DNA from: an uncultured Planctomycetota bacterium
Lineage (GTDB): Bacteria > Planctomycetota > Planctomycetia > Isosphaerales > Isosphaeraceae
NCBI GenBank assembly: GCA_963845755.1
Contig: CAWJTV010000013.1
Location: 32,001 to 96,000, forward strand
Reading direction: 5' to 3'
Length of the DNA: 64,000 nt
Below, one piece after another: positions 10,248 through 21,231 of the stretch (within the stretch, counting starts at the first letter, position 1; every line of letters begins with the position of its first letter). The notes beneath the pieces are model-generated. The model saw nothing but the letters and a program-made list of their open reading frames with translations, did no database searches and was not told the origin of the DNA. The position numbers and the translations under genes are program-made.

Positions 10248-11615
10248 TCAGGGCAGGGATTTCCTCCAGTTCAGGACGGCGTCGAGCAGTCGTCGTGCCA
10301 GGATCGGCTCGTCGGCGATGCGGTTCCTCGCTTCTTTCGGGTCGTCGGCGAGGTGGTACAGCTCCGGGCCGCGGCCGTCGTCGTTCACCAGCATCTTCCA
10401 GTCCCCGTCGAGCACGGCCAGGTTCGGGGACCGGTCGTCCCCGCGGGGATAGTCGAACGACCGGTCGTTCCGGCCGTACTCCCAGAACAGGGGCCGGGTC
10501 CGCCGGGGGGATTTCCCGAGGAGGGCCGGGCTCATGTCCTCGCCGTCGGCCTCGTATCCTGACGGCAGGTCGGCCCCGCAGAGGTGGCAGAGGGTCGGAA
10601 ACAGGTCCACCGCGGCGAGCACGGTCGCGTCGTTCGTCAATTTGGCGGGGACGATGCCGGGCCCCCAGGCGATGAACGGGAGCCGGACCCCGCCCTCGTA
10701 CAGGCTGAGCTTGCTCCCCCGCAGGCCGACGGTCCGAGCCCGGTCGAACGACGGCAGCGGCCCGTTGTCGGAGAGGAACAACACGATCGTCGGGCGGCCC
10801 GCCCGCTCCGCGCGGAGGGCGTCGAGCAGCTCGCCCACCTGCCGATCGAGCTGGATCATCACCCCCCGGAGTCGCTCCTTCGTGTCGCCCTTGCCGGTTG
10901 CCCGGCCATCCTTGCCGACCTTTTGATCGTCGGCCGAAGGAACCCACGGCGTGTGCGGGTCGTCCAGCCAGAGATTCACGAAATACGGTCGATTCGGATC
11001 GGTCGGCCGGCATCCGAGGGCGTAGCCGCACATATATGCCGTCCGTATCCATCGCTTCACGAGGTCGTCCGCCGACCAGATCCAGTTGCGGGCGGTGATG
11101 TCCGGGTGGGGCTTGGGGCTCTCCCAGGTGCCGAGGCCGACGTCGTACCCGTAGGCGGCGAACGGGGGCGGGTTCTTCACGTCCCGGCCGCCGCCGAGGT
11201 GCCACTTGCCGACATGGGCGGTCCAATAGCCGGCCGCCTTCAACGCCCTGGGCAGCGACGGGGCCTTCGGATCGAGGAAATCGGCCTGCCCGCACGCCCG
11301 GTTCCCGGCGCGGGTCTGGAGATAGCTGGTAATCTTCCACCGAGCGGGGAACTGGCCGGTGAGGAGCCCGCACCGCGACGGCGAGCAGATCGGCGCGGCC
11401 GCATAATACCGGGTGAACCGAACCCCCTCCGCCGCCATCCGGTCGAGGTGGGGTGTCGGGATCGAGCCACCGTAGCAGGACAGGTCGCCCGGCCCGAGGT
11501 CATCGGCCAGGATGACGATCACGTTGGGCCTGCGGTCCTCGATGCCGGACGCGGCGCCGGGGGCCAGGGCCGCGAGCGCTATCACGAGGGTTGTCAATCC
11601 GAAATTCGTGCTCAT
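10248..11615 (-). CDS. Sulfatase (formylglycine-dependent)
   Basis: Signal peptide, ILADDLG, CSPSRCGLLTG, GKWHLG, SDNG and GSKLSLYEGGVR. Confidence 0.95.
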   Translation of the reverse strand: MSTNFGLTTLVIALAALAPGAASGIEDRRPNVIVILADDLGPGDLSCYGGSIPTPHLDRMAAEGVRFTRYYAAAPICSPSRCGLLTGQFPARWKITSYLQTRAGNRACGQADFLDPKAPSLPRALKAAGYWTAHVGKWHLGGGRDVKNPPPFAAYGYDVGLGTWESPKPHPDITARNWIWSADDLVKRWIRTAYMCGYALGCRPTDPNRPYFVNLWLDDPHTPWVPSADDQKVGKDGRATGKGDTKERLRGVMIQLDRQVGELLDALRAERAGRPTIVLFLSDNGPLPSFDRARTVGLRGSKLSLYEGGVRLPFIAWGPGIVPAKLTNDATVLAAVDLFPTLCHLCGADLPSGYEADGEDMSPALLGKSPRRTRPLFWEYGRNDRSFDYPRGDDRSPNLAVLDGDWKMLVNDDGRGPELYHLADDPKEARNRIADEPILARRLLDAVLNWRKSLP

Positions 11616-11764
11616 GTCAGTTCTTCCTCGCCTTGCGGCCCGGAGGATAAGGGACCACGTGTCAGCATCGCGCCCGCGACTTAGGCGACCTCGTCCCTCG
11701 ACCCGACCCCGACGTTCCGAGTTTACCTTGTGAGTGTCGCTGAGAATTGTCAAGACAAGACCCC

Positions 11765-11835
11765 TTGACACCGGCCCGCCGTTCCCCATATCCTGATCTC
11801 AGACAAAACGACTGAAGTTTCAGACAGAATGACTG
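11765..11835 (+). promoter_or_regulatory. sigma70-type promoter plus tandem candidate BlaI operators
   Basis: TTGACA (11765)-18 bp-TATCCT (11789), followed by tcagacaaaacgactg (11799) and tcagacagaatgactg (11820). Confidence 0.6.
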
Positions 11836-11850
11836 TGGAAGAGGAAGGCC

Positions 11851-12234
11851 ATGGCACGTCCGGCGCAGGACATCACGGAGTCGGAGCTCTCGGTCTTGCG
11901 GATCCTGTGGGACCGCGGGGCCGCGACGATCCGGCAGTTGACGGAGGTGCTGTATCCGCAAGGCGGCGCGGCACAGTATGCGACCGTGCAGAAGCTGCTG
12001 GATCGGATGGAGGCCAAGGGGTATGTGCGGCGCGACCGGAGCTTATACGTCCACCTCTTCGAGGCGGTTCTGGACCGGGACGAGTTGATCGGCCGCCGGC
12101 TCCGTTCGCTGGCCGAGACGCTGTGCGACGGCTCGCTCACGCCGCTGTTGACGCACCTGGCGCGGGCCAAGGACCTGACCGAGGCGGAGCGCCTGGCGTT
12201 GCGGGCCATCATCGACGAGACCGATGACCATTGA
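11851..12234 (+). CDS. BlaI/MecI/CopY family transcriptional repressor
   Basis: ITESELSVLRILWDRG...YATVQKLLDRMEAKGYV pattern, followed by an M56 gene. Confidence 0.93.
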   Translation: MARPAQDITESELSVLRILWDRGAATIRQLTEVLYPQGGAAQYATVQKLLDRMEAKGYVRRDRSLYVHLFEAVLDRDELIGRRLRSLAETLCDGSLTPLLTHLARAKDLTEAERLALRAIIDETDDH

Positions 12235-14723
12235 TCAGGACCCCATCATGGAATCGCTTGTGCAAGGCATGTTGAGCAATGCGGTGGCCGTGACCGTCCT
12301 GGCGGTGCTGATCGCCATCCTGGGACGGACCTGGCGTCGTCCCGCCTGGATTCATGGCCTTTGCTTGCTGGCGATGCTCAAGTTGGTAACACCGCCGATG
12401 GTGTCCCTGGCGGTGCCGATCCCGTCCACGTGGCGGACCCCGGCCTCGCCGGTGGAGGCATCGGAACCGATCGACACGGCCGAGGTCGATCGCGATCCGG
12501 ATCTGGAAATGATGGCCGCAGGGATGCTGGCGGACCTCGACACGATCGTGGAGAGTGAGCTACCGACCGACCTCCCGGAAGACGACCGGAGCGAGGCGGT
12601 AGTGCCAGTGCCCGCGTGGCGCTGGGAGCTGCTGGTGCTGGGCGTCGTCCTGGCCGGTGCGATGGCCTGGTGGCTGCTGGCGGTCGTGCGGATCATCCGG
12701 TTCCATCGCGTGCTGCGGGACGTCGAGCCGATGCCGGCGGACTGGCAGACGCAGCTCACCGACCTGGCCGCGCGGCTGGCCCTGCGACGTTCGCCCGCGG
12801 TCTGCCTGGTCCCGGGCGAGGTCCCGCCGATGCTCTGGACAGTCGGGAAGCGCCCTCGGCTGTTGTTGCCATCACGGCTCTGGTCGACCCTGGCCGAAGA
12901 GCAGCGCGCGGCGCCTGGTGCTCCACGAGCTGGCCCATTTGAAGCGCCGCGATCATTGGGTCCGGTGGTTCGAGCTCGTGGTGGCCGGGCTGTACTGGTG
13001 GCATCCCGTCGTCTGGTGGATCCGTCGTACGCTGCGCGAGGCCGAAGAACAGTGCTGCGACGCCTGGGTTGTCTGGGCGATGCCGCGCGAAGCCAGGACG
13101 TATGCCACCGCCCTGATGGCGGCCCTTGAATATGTTTCGGGAACGCGAACCCGGCCCGTGCCGGCCGTGGCCGCCTCGGCCACGATCGGCAACGGCCATG
13201 TTGCCTGCATGAAACGGAGGTTGCGAATGATCGTGCGTGCCAAGACCCCCCAGCGCCTCTCCCTGGCCGGACGTCTCGCCATTGTGGCACTCGCCGCCCT
13301 GCTCCTGCCCCTGGCACCGAGCTGGGGCCAGAGGGATTCGTCGCGAACGGGCCCGGACCTATCGGACCGGCCGCTCCGAGAGGCGAATGCCACCCACATC
13401 GTTGGCCTGAAGGCGGAGATCACAAAGCTCAATGCGGAGATTGACAAGAAGAGAGCCGAGTTGGAGGCCCGGAGCGACACGGGCTCCACGGCCACATTGA
13501 ACGATGAGCTCGTCATCCTGCTGGAGACGAGGGACTCGGTTACGGAGGAGCTCCTGCGGTTGGCGTTCGATGCGAAGCCTCAGCCAGCTCGGGACGAGGA
13601 AGCCAAGCTCAAAGCCTACCAACAGAGGCTCGGGCAGTTGGCGTACTTGAAGGAGGCTCAGCCGGTTCCGGACGAGAAAGCCAAGGCCAAGAGCGACGAC
13701 GGTCGTGAGGCTGCCGAACGGGTCGAGACCCAGTTGAAGGAGCTGGTCGAGAAGCTCGGCAAGGATGTGAGCCCGGTGGCGCAGAGGTCCGGAAGGCGCT
13801 CGAGCGGGCCGTGGACGAGATCCATCGGTCGCTCCGGAAGGAAGGGATGACGGCGGACGACCTGCGGCGGGCGATGGAGAAATCGCGTGAGGACCTGCGC
13901 AAGTCGTTCCAGCGAGGTGGTCCGGTCGAGAAGGAGATGCGTGAGGCGGCGGAGCGCGCCCGCAAGGAGATGCGCGAGACGATGGAGCGCGGTCGTCAGG
14001 AGGCCGAGCGCGCCCGCGAGGCCATGCGCCGGCAAATGGAGGAGTTGACCAAGCAGCGTCGCCAGATGGGTGAAGATCTCCGATCGCGCCAGCGCGAGCG
14101 GGCCAAGGAGGCAGAGAAGCAGTCCCGCCGCAGCAAGGCGGACCCGGAGGCGCGAAGAGCCCAAGGCCCGGGAGCGCCAACCCCGGGTGGCCGAGGCGTT
14201 GCGAGATCGCGCGCGTCCGGAATCGCCAAGGCCGCGCCAGGCCCGACCCGATCGCCCGAGGGTCGAGGCCCGGCCCGAAGCCACCGAGGAGAAGAAGGCC
14301 GGCGATCAATCCAGCCGTCAGGAACTGGAAGCCACGCGCAAGCAGATCCATGACCTCCAGGATCAGTTGAAGAGGGCGACCCGGCGGTTGGAGGAACTCC
14401 AGAGCCGCGAACCGCGACGGCCCGCGACCCCACGGCGTGCCACCGAGCCGGCCAAGCCGGCCCGTCCCGCTGAACCCCGGCGACCCGAAACCCCGCGCCG
14501 CCCCGCCGAGCCGGCCAAGCCCGCCGAGCCGGCCCGTCCCGCCGAACCCCGGCGACCCGAGCCGCCCGCTCGTCCCGCGGCCCCGCGTCGCGAGAACGCT
14601 CGTCCTGGCGCCGATAGTGAACGCCGGCTCCGCAACCTCGAGGAGACGCTGAACCGGCTCTTGAAGGACCTCGAGGAGCTCAAGCGTCAGAAGCCCGAAG
14701 ATTCTGATTCCAGGCTTTTCTGA
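12224..14723 (+). CDS. M56 (BlaR1-like) metallopeptidase with long coiled-coil and Pro-rich C-terminus (frameshifted)
   Basis: TM helices, VLHELAHLKRRD and EEQCCDAWV. Continues through ORFs 12657..13850, 13811..14353 and 14070..14723. Confidence 0.85.
14445..14590 (+). repeat. Intragenic repeats encoding PA(K/E)PARPAEPRRPE
   Basis: Two copies of gccggcccgtcccgc(t/c)gaaccccggcgacccga plus partial units. Confidence 0.7.
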
Positions 14724-14852
14724 CCTCTCTGCCCAGCCAACGGCGCACGGCGTGGGGCGGGAGACCTCGCTCGACGAAGTCGGCCATGGAGTCGCTCGCG
14801 AGGCCGCGGTTGTGGAACGACGTGTCCCATGGGGGCCTCGGTCGGCAAGCTG

Positions 14853-15653
14853 TCAATCTGGCTCGACGCCCATCTCTCGCAGCCGCGCGGCCATGCGATC
14901 CGCTCGCTGGTGTTCGGCTTCGGCGCGGTGGGCCTGCTCCTCGGCGCGGCGGCGTTCGACCTGGACGAGCTGGGCCTGCTCCTCGGCGCGGTGGGCCTGC
15001 TCCTCGGCGCGGCGGCGTTCGACCTGGACGAGTTGGGCTTGCTCCTCGGCGCGGTGGGATTCGGCTTCGAGACGCTCGATCAATTCCACATAGCTCAGGA
15101 ACCGCTGGCCGTTCGAACCGATGATCGCTAGGTTATTGGGACCTTCGCCCGGTTCGAACCGGATGTCCAGTCGAGGGCTGCGGAATCCCGCCATCTCGGG
15201 GATCTCTTCCAGTACGTTTCCCTCCCGCCGCCAACCGACCAGATCACCGCGATCCGGGTCGTAGATGTAATACTCTTCGACCCCGTAACGCTCGTAGAAC
15301 TGAAACTTGCGCTCCATCTCTCCGGCGCGATTGCCCGGCGAGCGAATCTCGAAAACGACCTGGGGTGCGATCCCATCTTCCTCCCACTGCTTGTACGAGC
15401 CCCGGTCCCCCTTGGGCCGGCCGAAGGCGACCAGGACATCCGGCGCATTGCGGATAGTGGGCTTCCCCTCAACGGCATACCAGAGCAGGTCTCCTGCTAC
15501 GAAGACATTGGGCTCGTGGCGAAACTGCGCCTCAAGCCCCTCCTTGAGGATCACGATCCACTTGAACTGCAACGTGTTGTCCGACATGGATTGCCCATCG
15601 CTATCGGGATACTGGATCGCTCGTGACGGAGCGGAAGTTATCATCGTGCTCAT
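14853..15653 (-). CDS. Uma2 family endonuclease with coiled-coil tail
   Basis: YPDSDG, APDVLVAFGRPKG, PQVVFEIRSP and YGVEEYYIYDP. Confidence 0.92.
   Translation of the reverse strand: MSTMITSAPSRAIQYPDSDGQSMSDNTLQFKWIVILKEGLEAQFRHEPNVFVAGDLLWYAVEGKPTIRNAPDVLVAFGRPKGDRGSYKQWEEDGIAPQVVFEIRSPGNRAGEMERKFQFYERYGVEEYYIYDPDRGDLVGWRREGNVLEEIPEMAGFRSPRLDIRFEPGEGPNNLAIIGSNGQRFLSYVELIERLEAESHRAEEQAQLVQVERRRAEEQAHRAEEQAQLVQVERRRAEEQAHRAEAEHQRADRMAARLREMGVEPD
14922..15058 (-). repeat. 63-bp tandem repeat in Uma2 tail (HRAEEQAQLVQVERRRAEEQA x2)
   Basis: Two near-identical in-frame units are directly visible. Confidence 0.85.
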
Positions 15654-15929
15654 GATCGTGTCAAACCTCCCGGACCAACGAATTGCCGCAAGTTCGAGTT
15701 TCGCACGGATTGCCGATCCGCTCAAGCTCTCATGTCATTCCTGTCCCTGGAACGCACACCTTGCCAGGAGGGATTCGCTCCGGCAGGACCTCCCGATCGC
15801 CTCTTCCTCGATGGGGAGGATCTCCGGTCGCGCAGCCCTTTCATGACAAGTGGGATATGCGGTATCACAGAGCGGATCGTCGGAAGACCACTCTGATCGG
15901 GACCCAATCCACCCACGAAGGGACCGCGC

Positions 15930-17732
15930 ATGACCCGTCCGTCGCCGCTCGTCTTCACTCTCACCCTGCTGACCACGCTCACGCACGCGGTTCTGGTCCG
16001 CGCCGACGATCCGCGCTCAAAGTCGCTGGAAGGCTTCGACGCAATCGCCGAAAAAGCCCTCACGGACTTCAAGGTCCCCGGCCTGGCGATCGCCGTCGTC
16101 AAGGACGGCCGGATCATCTACGCCAAGGGCTTCGGCCGGCGCGATGTCGACAAGGAATTGCCGGTCACGCCTCACACCCTCTTCGCGATCGGCTCGTGCA
16201 CCAAGGCGTTCACGACGTTTGTGATGGGGACGCTGGTTGATGAGGGGAAGCTCCAGTGGGATACGCCCGTGCGGACCTATCTCCCCGGCTTCCGCATGAG
16301 CGACCCGATCGCGACCGAATCGATCACGCCGCGCGACCTGGTGACGCACCGCTCCGGCCTGCCCCGCCACGACATGGTCTGGTACAACGCCAAGCTCACG
16401 GGCAAGGACCTGGTGAAACGGCTGGCCCATTTCGAGGCCACCGAGCCGCTCCGCAGCAAGTTTCAGTACAACAACCTGATGTTCGTGCTCGCCGGATACC
16501 TGGTCGAGACGATCGACGGTCGCCCCTGGGAAGAGGCCGTCCGCAAGCGGATCTTCGAACCCCTGGGCATGACCGCCAGCAACTTCTCGGTCCGCGACTC
16601 ACAGAAGGCCGACGACTTCGCCCGGCCGTACGACGAGCTGGAGGGGAAGGTCCGCGTCATCCCGTTCCGCGATATCAGCAATGTCGGCCCGGCCGGCTCG
16701 ATCAACTCGAGCGTTGCGGAGATGGCCCGCTGGGTCGCCGTGCATACCCACGGGGGCAAGCTCGACGGCAAGTCGATCATCAGCCCCGCGGTGCTGGCCG
16801 AGCTGCACACGCCCCAGATGACCACCGGCCAGCCATCGGACAAGAAGGAGATCTCCCCCGGCGCCTATGCGCTCGGATGGTCGGTCAACACCTATCGCGG
16901 CCATCGTCGCGTCCACCATGGAGGAGCGATCGATGGATTCACGGCCGAAACGTGTCTCTTCCCCGACGATGGGATGGGCCTGGTCGTGCTGACCAACAAG
17001 GACGGGACGCCGCTGCCCGGTCTCATCGCTCGCCACGCGTCCGATCGGCTGCTCGGTCTCGCGTCGATCGACTGGCTCGCCGAGGGGCTCGACCGGCGAA
17101 CCAAGGGCCTCGAGGCCGAGAAAGCCGCCAAGACGAAGAAGGACACGGTGCGCCGACCCGGCACGCATCCCGCCCACCCGCTCGAGGAATACGCCGGCGA
17201 CTACGAGCACGCCGGTTACGGGCCCCTTCAGATCGAGGTCCACGACGGCCGGCTGGTGAGCGTCTACAACGGCATCCGGGCCACCCTCGATCACTGGCAC
17301 TACGAAGTCTTCAACGCCCCCAAGGCCGACAACGACCCCGCACTCGCCGAGCTCGACCTGAGGCTCCAGTTCCGGACGAACTTCAAGGGCTACGTCGACG
17401 CGGTCGCCGTCCCTCTCGAACCGAGCGTCGAGCCGATCGTCTTCCTCAAACAGCCCGACAAGAAGCTCTCCGACCCCGACTACCTCAAGCGATTCGAAGG
17501 GCAGTACGAGCTGCCCGGGCGGACCCTCACCATCCGCCTCCAGGGCCATGTCCTGATGCTCGAGGAGAAGGGCGCCCAGCCGGTCGAGCTGATTCCCGAC
17601 CGCGACGACGGATTCAACCTGAAACGGCGAGTCGGCCTGAGCCTCCGCTTCGTCACTGACGATCAAGGCAAGGTCAAAGAGCTGGCGCTGAGCACCCCGG
17701 GCGGGGTCTTCTCGGCCCGGCGCAAGTCGTGA
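15930..17732 (+). CDS. Serine hydrolase (beta-lactamase-related) with DUF3471-like C-terminus
   Basis: Signal peptide, SxxK (SCTK), YNN and HGG motifs. Confidence 0.92.
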   Translation: MTRPSPLVFTLTLLTTLTHAVLVRADDPRSKSLEGFDAIAEKALTDFKVPGLAIAVVKDGRIIYAKGFGRRDVDKELPVTPHTLFAIGSCTKAFTTFVMGTLVDEGKLQWDTPVRTYLPGFRMSDPIATESITPRDLVTHRSGLPRHDMVWYNAKLTGKDLVKRLAHFEATEPLRSKFQYNNLMFVLAGYLVETIDGRPWEEAVRKRIFEPLGMTASNFSVRDSQKADDFARPYDELEGKVRVIPFRDISNVGPAGSINSSVAEMARWVAVHTHGGKLDGKSIISPAVLAELHTPQMTTGQPSDKKEISPGAYALGWSVNTYRGHRRVHHGGAIDGFTAETCLFPDDGMGLVVLTNKDGTPLPGLIARHASDRLLGLASIDWLAEGLDRRTKGLEAEKAAKTKKDTVRRPGTHPAHPLEEYAGDYEHAGYGPLQIEVHDGRLVSVYNGIRATLDHWHYEVFNAPKADNDPALAELDLRLQFRTNFKGYVDAVAVPLEPSVEPIVFLKQPDKKLSDPDYLKRFEGQYELPGRTLTIRLQGHVLMLEEKGAQPVELIPDRDDGFNLKRRVGLSLRFVTDDQGKVKELALSTPGGVFSARRKS

Positions 17733-17923
17733 TGGGAAACAGGCCGCCGAATGTCGCGCGAGATTTTCGGCGGCCCCTCCTCGAAACTCGTGACCGGCAT
17801 AGAATCTTGATTGTTGAATCCTGGTTCCGATTCCTTCACAATCGCAGAGTGGAGATCTCTCGATCTGACAATTCACTCACGGATGACCAGAAGGCGCCGG
17901 CGCAAAAATCCGGCGATCATTCC

Positions 17924-18463
17924 ATGCGAAAACCGAAGAGTCGCACCTACCCTCGGGTCGAGTCCATGGAGTCGAGGACATTGCTGTCCGCCGTGGGCCC
18001 GGTCTCGACCTCGCACGATCTGGAGTCGAGGGCGTTGGTGTCCCCCCTCGCCTCTGTCTCGACTCCGAACCCGGTCGACACCGGCGTTGCCGAGGTCAGA
18101 CCAGGATTGCCGAGGAATTTCCCTCGTACGAGCGTGAGAATCTCTAATCATACCAGGAAGGGCCTGACGATCGATGCGACGGCAATTCTCAAGGAGGGTA
18201 ACAGAACAGTGGGCCGCGACCAGAAAGACGTCCATCACGGCGGCACCATGCTCTTCAGGTTCCAGAAGAACCCCGATTTTGACGCGAATTGGTACGTTGA
18301 GATCGTGCTGAAGGGCAAAGGGCAAGGACCGATTCCACGAACCTTCGAAACAGCTCTGAGCCGGCCGGGCATCGGCGATCCACCAGGTTACTACGGCAAT
18401 CTCTACACGGTCACCTTGACGGGCAACACGTTCAACGTGTGCTGCGTCGCTACGCCAACCTGA
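17924..18463 (+). CDS. Putative secreted protein with planctomycete LEPR-XLL-type N-terminal motif
   Basis: YPRVESMESRTLLS motif. Confidence 0.7.
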   Translation: MRKPKSRTYPRVESMESRTLLSAVGPVSTSHDLESRALVSPLASVSTPNPVDTGVAEVRPGLPRNFPRTSVRISNHTRKGLTIDATAILKEGNRTVGRDQKDVHHGGTMLFRFQKNPDFDANWYVEIVLKGKGQGPIPRTFETALSRPGIGDPPGYYGNLYTVTLTGNTFNVCCVATPT

Positions 18464-18631
18464 AACGCGTTCGCCGCACGAACAAGATCCGCCTGCTCCG
18501 TGAATCGCTCTTGACAACAGCGCCTTTGCATCGCAAAGCTACATCGGCTTTGTGTTGCAAAGTTGTCGTCCTTTCGTGCCGCATCCGTCGCGGTGAGGAC
18601 CAGAGCCACATTCCGGACGCAGGACTCGACC

Positions 18632-20140
18632 ATGAGGACCCCATGGATTCCGCGCGCTGCGGGAGGCGCCCGTCTCGACCCCGAGCTTCGGCCCAGCCCG
18701 CCGCGGCCGAAGCAGGCTTTGCTGATCAACCCGTTCTATCCCAAGGACCCGCATGCGAGCTTTGGCAAGCATGTGTTGACGCCTTCACTGGCGCTGACGA
18801 GCATCGCCGGTTCCACGCCGCGCGACTGGGAGGTCGCCTACTGGGACGAGAACTTATTGCAGGGTGCGCCACCGTGCGAGCCATTCCCGCAGGTCGTGGG
18901 AATCACCGTGCACTTGACCTTCGCCGACCGGGCCTATGAGCTGGCGGGTTGGTATCGCCGGCGCGGGGCGAAGGTGATCCTCGGGGGCCTGCATGTCCTG
19001 TCGTGTCCGGAGGAGGCCGCGCCACACGCCGACGCCCTGGCGATCGGCGAAGGGGTCCGGATCTGGCCGGAGATCCTCCGCGACGTTGAGGCGGGGACGC
19101 TCCGGCCGATCTACCGCGGCAGTTACCGGCAACCCTATCGGGAGGAACCGCCGCCGCGCCGCGACCTGCTGCCGCGCCGGGACTTCTTGACCACCACAAG
19201 CCTGATCGCCACAAGAGGCTGCCACAACCGCTGCGGCTTCTGCTACCTGGCCACCGAGGGACTCTCGATGCCGTACCAGGTCCGGGACGTCGACCAGGTC
19301 GTCCGCGAATTCCGCGACGATGGCCAGCCGTACGGCGTCTTCGTCGACAACAACCTCGGATCTCGCCCGGAGTATCTGCGTGCGCTGTGCCGAGCCTTGC
19401 GCCCGCTGGAGGTAATCTGGAGCGCCGCGGTGACGATCGACGTGACCGATGATCCCTCCCTCGCCCGCGAGATGGCGCTGGCGGGCTGCACGGGGGTCTT
19501 CGTCGGCTTCGAGTCGCTGACGGGCGAGAACCTGGTCGAGGCGAGCAAGAAGACGCCGAGCCCGGATGACTACGCGCGGCGGGTGGCGATCCTGCACGAC
19601 CACGGCATCCAGGTCAACGGCAGCTTCGTCCTGGGCTTCGACCACGATCGCCCGGATGTCTTCGAGCGGACCGCGGACTGGATCGAGTCGGCCCGGCTGG
19701 AGTGCGCCACCTTTCATATCCTGACGCCCTACCCGGGCACGCCGCTGTTCGAACGGATGGAGTCTCAGGGCCGGCTCTTGCACAAGGACTGGCGGCTCTA
19801 CGACACGGCGCACGCGGTTTTCCGCCCCAGCCACATGTCGCCCGAGGCACTCGAAGCAGGCTACGCCTGGTGTTACGAGCGGCTCTTCTCGCACACCTCG
19901 ATCTGGCGACGCCGTCCGGCCGACTGGCGCGCCGTGCCGCCCTACCTGGCGATGTCGTATCTGTACAAGCGGTCGAACCGGTTGTGGCACCTGTTGATCC
20001 AGCACCGGCTGACGGGGCCGGTCTGGCGGCCACTGGTCGAGTGGACGCGCCGGCGGCACCTGCGGTTCCGACGACGGCTGGCGTCGCAACCCGCGGCCGG
20101 TGCCGCGAGGGCCGGAGCGATCGTCTCGGCCGGGGTCTGA
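18632..20140 (+). CDS. B12-binding radical SAM protein
   Basis: VILGGLH B12-binding region, RGCHNRCGFC (CxxxCxxC), GFES and TPYPGT. Confidence 0.93.
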   Translation: MRTPWIPRAAGGARLDPELRPSPPRPKQALLINPFYPKDPHASFGKHVLTPSLALTSIAGSTPRDWEVAYWDENLLQGAPPCEPFPQVVGITVHLTFADRAYELAGWYRRRGAKVILGGLHVLSCPEEAAPHADALAIGEGVRIWPEILRDVEAGTLRPIYRGSYRQPYREEPPPRRDLLPRRDFLTTTSLIATRGCHNRCGFCYLATEGLSMPYQVRDVDQVVREFRDDGQPYGVFVDNNLGSRPEYLRALCRALRPLEVIWSAAVTIDVTDDPSLAREMALAGCTGVFVGFESLTGENLVEASKKTPSPDDYARRVAILHDHGIQVNGSFVLGFDHDRPDVFERTADWIESARLECATFHILTPYPGTPLFERMESQGRLLHKDWRLYDTAHAVFRPSHMSPEALEAGYAWCYERLFSHTSIWRRRPADWRAVPPYLAMSYLYKRSNRLWHLLIQHRLTGPVWRPLVEWTRRRHLRFRRRLASQPAAGAARAGAIVSAGV

Positions 20141-20243
20141 AAAGGGATACTGCTGAGTGGAATCCCTGAGGATTGTCCGGGGTTGCCCGAGTTCCTCGAT
20201 TTCGCCATGATGGCGTCGAACCGTGAACCTTCGAGGGACGAAC

Positions 20244-20962
20244 ATGATGGATCGCCCTGGGACGCCCCGTGCGTTGCTCCTGGACCTGGACGGCACGATT
20301 GCCGACACCTTGCCGCACATCTTCGAAGCCTACCGGCACGCGGTCGCCCCCTGGGTCGAGCGGCCCCCGACCGACGCGGAAGTGGAAGCGACCTTCGGGC
20401 CCGCCGAGCGGGAGTGCATCGCGCGCATGGTTCCCCGGGCCGACCTGGACGAGGCCGCGGATCGCTTCTACACCTACTACGAGCGCGAACTGGTCCGGAA
20501 TGTGAAGCTTGTCGAGGGAATCGCCGAGCTGATCGACCATGCGCGCGCCCTCGGCTGGAAGGTCGGCATCTTCACGGGTAAAGGGCGTCGGTCGGCCGAG
20601 TTCACGCTCGTGGAGCTGGGCCTTCGCGACCGGATCGAGGTCCTGGTCTCCAGCGACGACGTGACCCGGCCCAAGCCCGATCCCGAAGGGGTCTTCCAGG
20701 CCGCCGAGAAGCTGGGCGTGCCGGTCGGCCGGATCCTCCTGGCGGGCGACTCGCCCGCCGACGTGAAAGCCGGCAAGGCGGCGGGGGCCCGGACCGCGGT
20801 CCTGCTCTGCGTGGCGTTCCGGCCGGACCGCCTGCGCCGGGCGGGTGCCGACTACACCTGCGAACGGGTCGCCGACCTCGCGCGGCCGTCGATCGGCTCC
20901 ATGCCGAACGCGGTTCGGATCCAGGCACGGAGGCCGCTTCAGGAGGAGGAAACGCGCGATGA
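20244..20962 (+). CDS. HAD family hydrolase (frameshift near 3' end)
   Basis: DLDGT, KPDP and GDSPAD motifs. Confidence 0.9.
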
Positions 20963-21231
20963 TCGCATTGGCTCGGTCCGTGATCGAAGCGGCTCGGTTC
21001 TTCGAGCTGTCCAGCGACGATCTCATCGACCCGGACACCGCGGTCGAGGCCCTCGAGAGCATCGCCCACGAACTGGGGAGCCTTGACGAGGCCGAGCGGA
21101 CGAGCCTGCGCGAAGCCCTTGACGAGTTGATCGGAGACGAACAGGCTGGACGTGATGGTTCCGCTCCACGACCGGAGGTCATCGAGTTCTACGAATCCTT
21201 CATGGAAAACTTCGGCCTCGAAGAGGAGTGA
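20959..21231 (+). CDS. Small acidic protein, possibly immunity-protein-like
   Basis: FFELSSDDLIDPDTAVEALESIAHEL...FMENFGL. Strong SD (aggaggagg) and ATGA overlap with the HAD gene. Confidence 0.6.
   Translation: MIALARSVIEAARFFELSSDDLIDPDTAVEALESIAHELGSLDEAERTSLREALDELIGDEQAGRDGSAPRPEVIEFYESFMENFGLEEE

Noticed and set aside
14922..15058. CRISPR-like repeats
   Set aside because: In-frame coding tandem repeat of the Uma2 tail, with no unique spacers and no cas genes.
17795..17812. sigma54 promoter upstream of the 17924 gene
   Set aside because: CGGCAT-N6-TTGA has the wrong spacing and lacks the -12 GC.
18632..20140. RiPP cluster around the B12 radical SAM enzyme
   Set aside because: No convincing precursor peptide, RRE or dedicated transporter adjacent.
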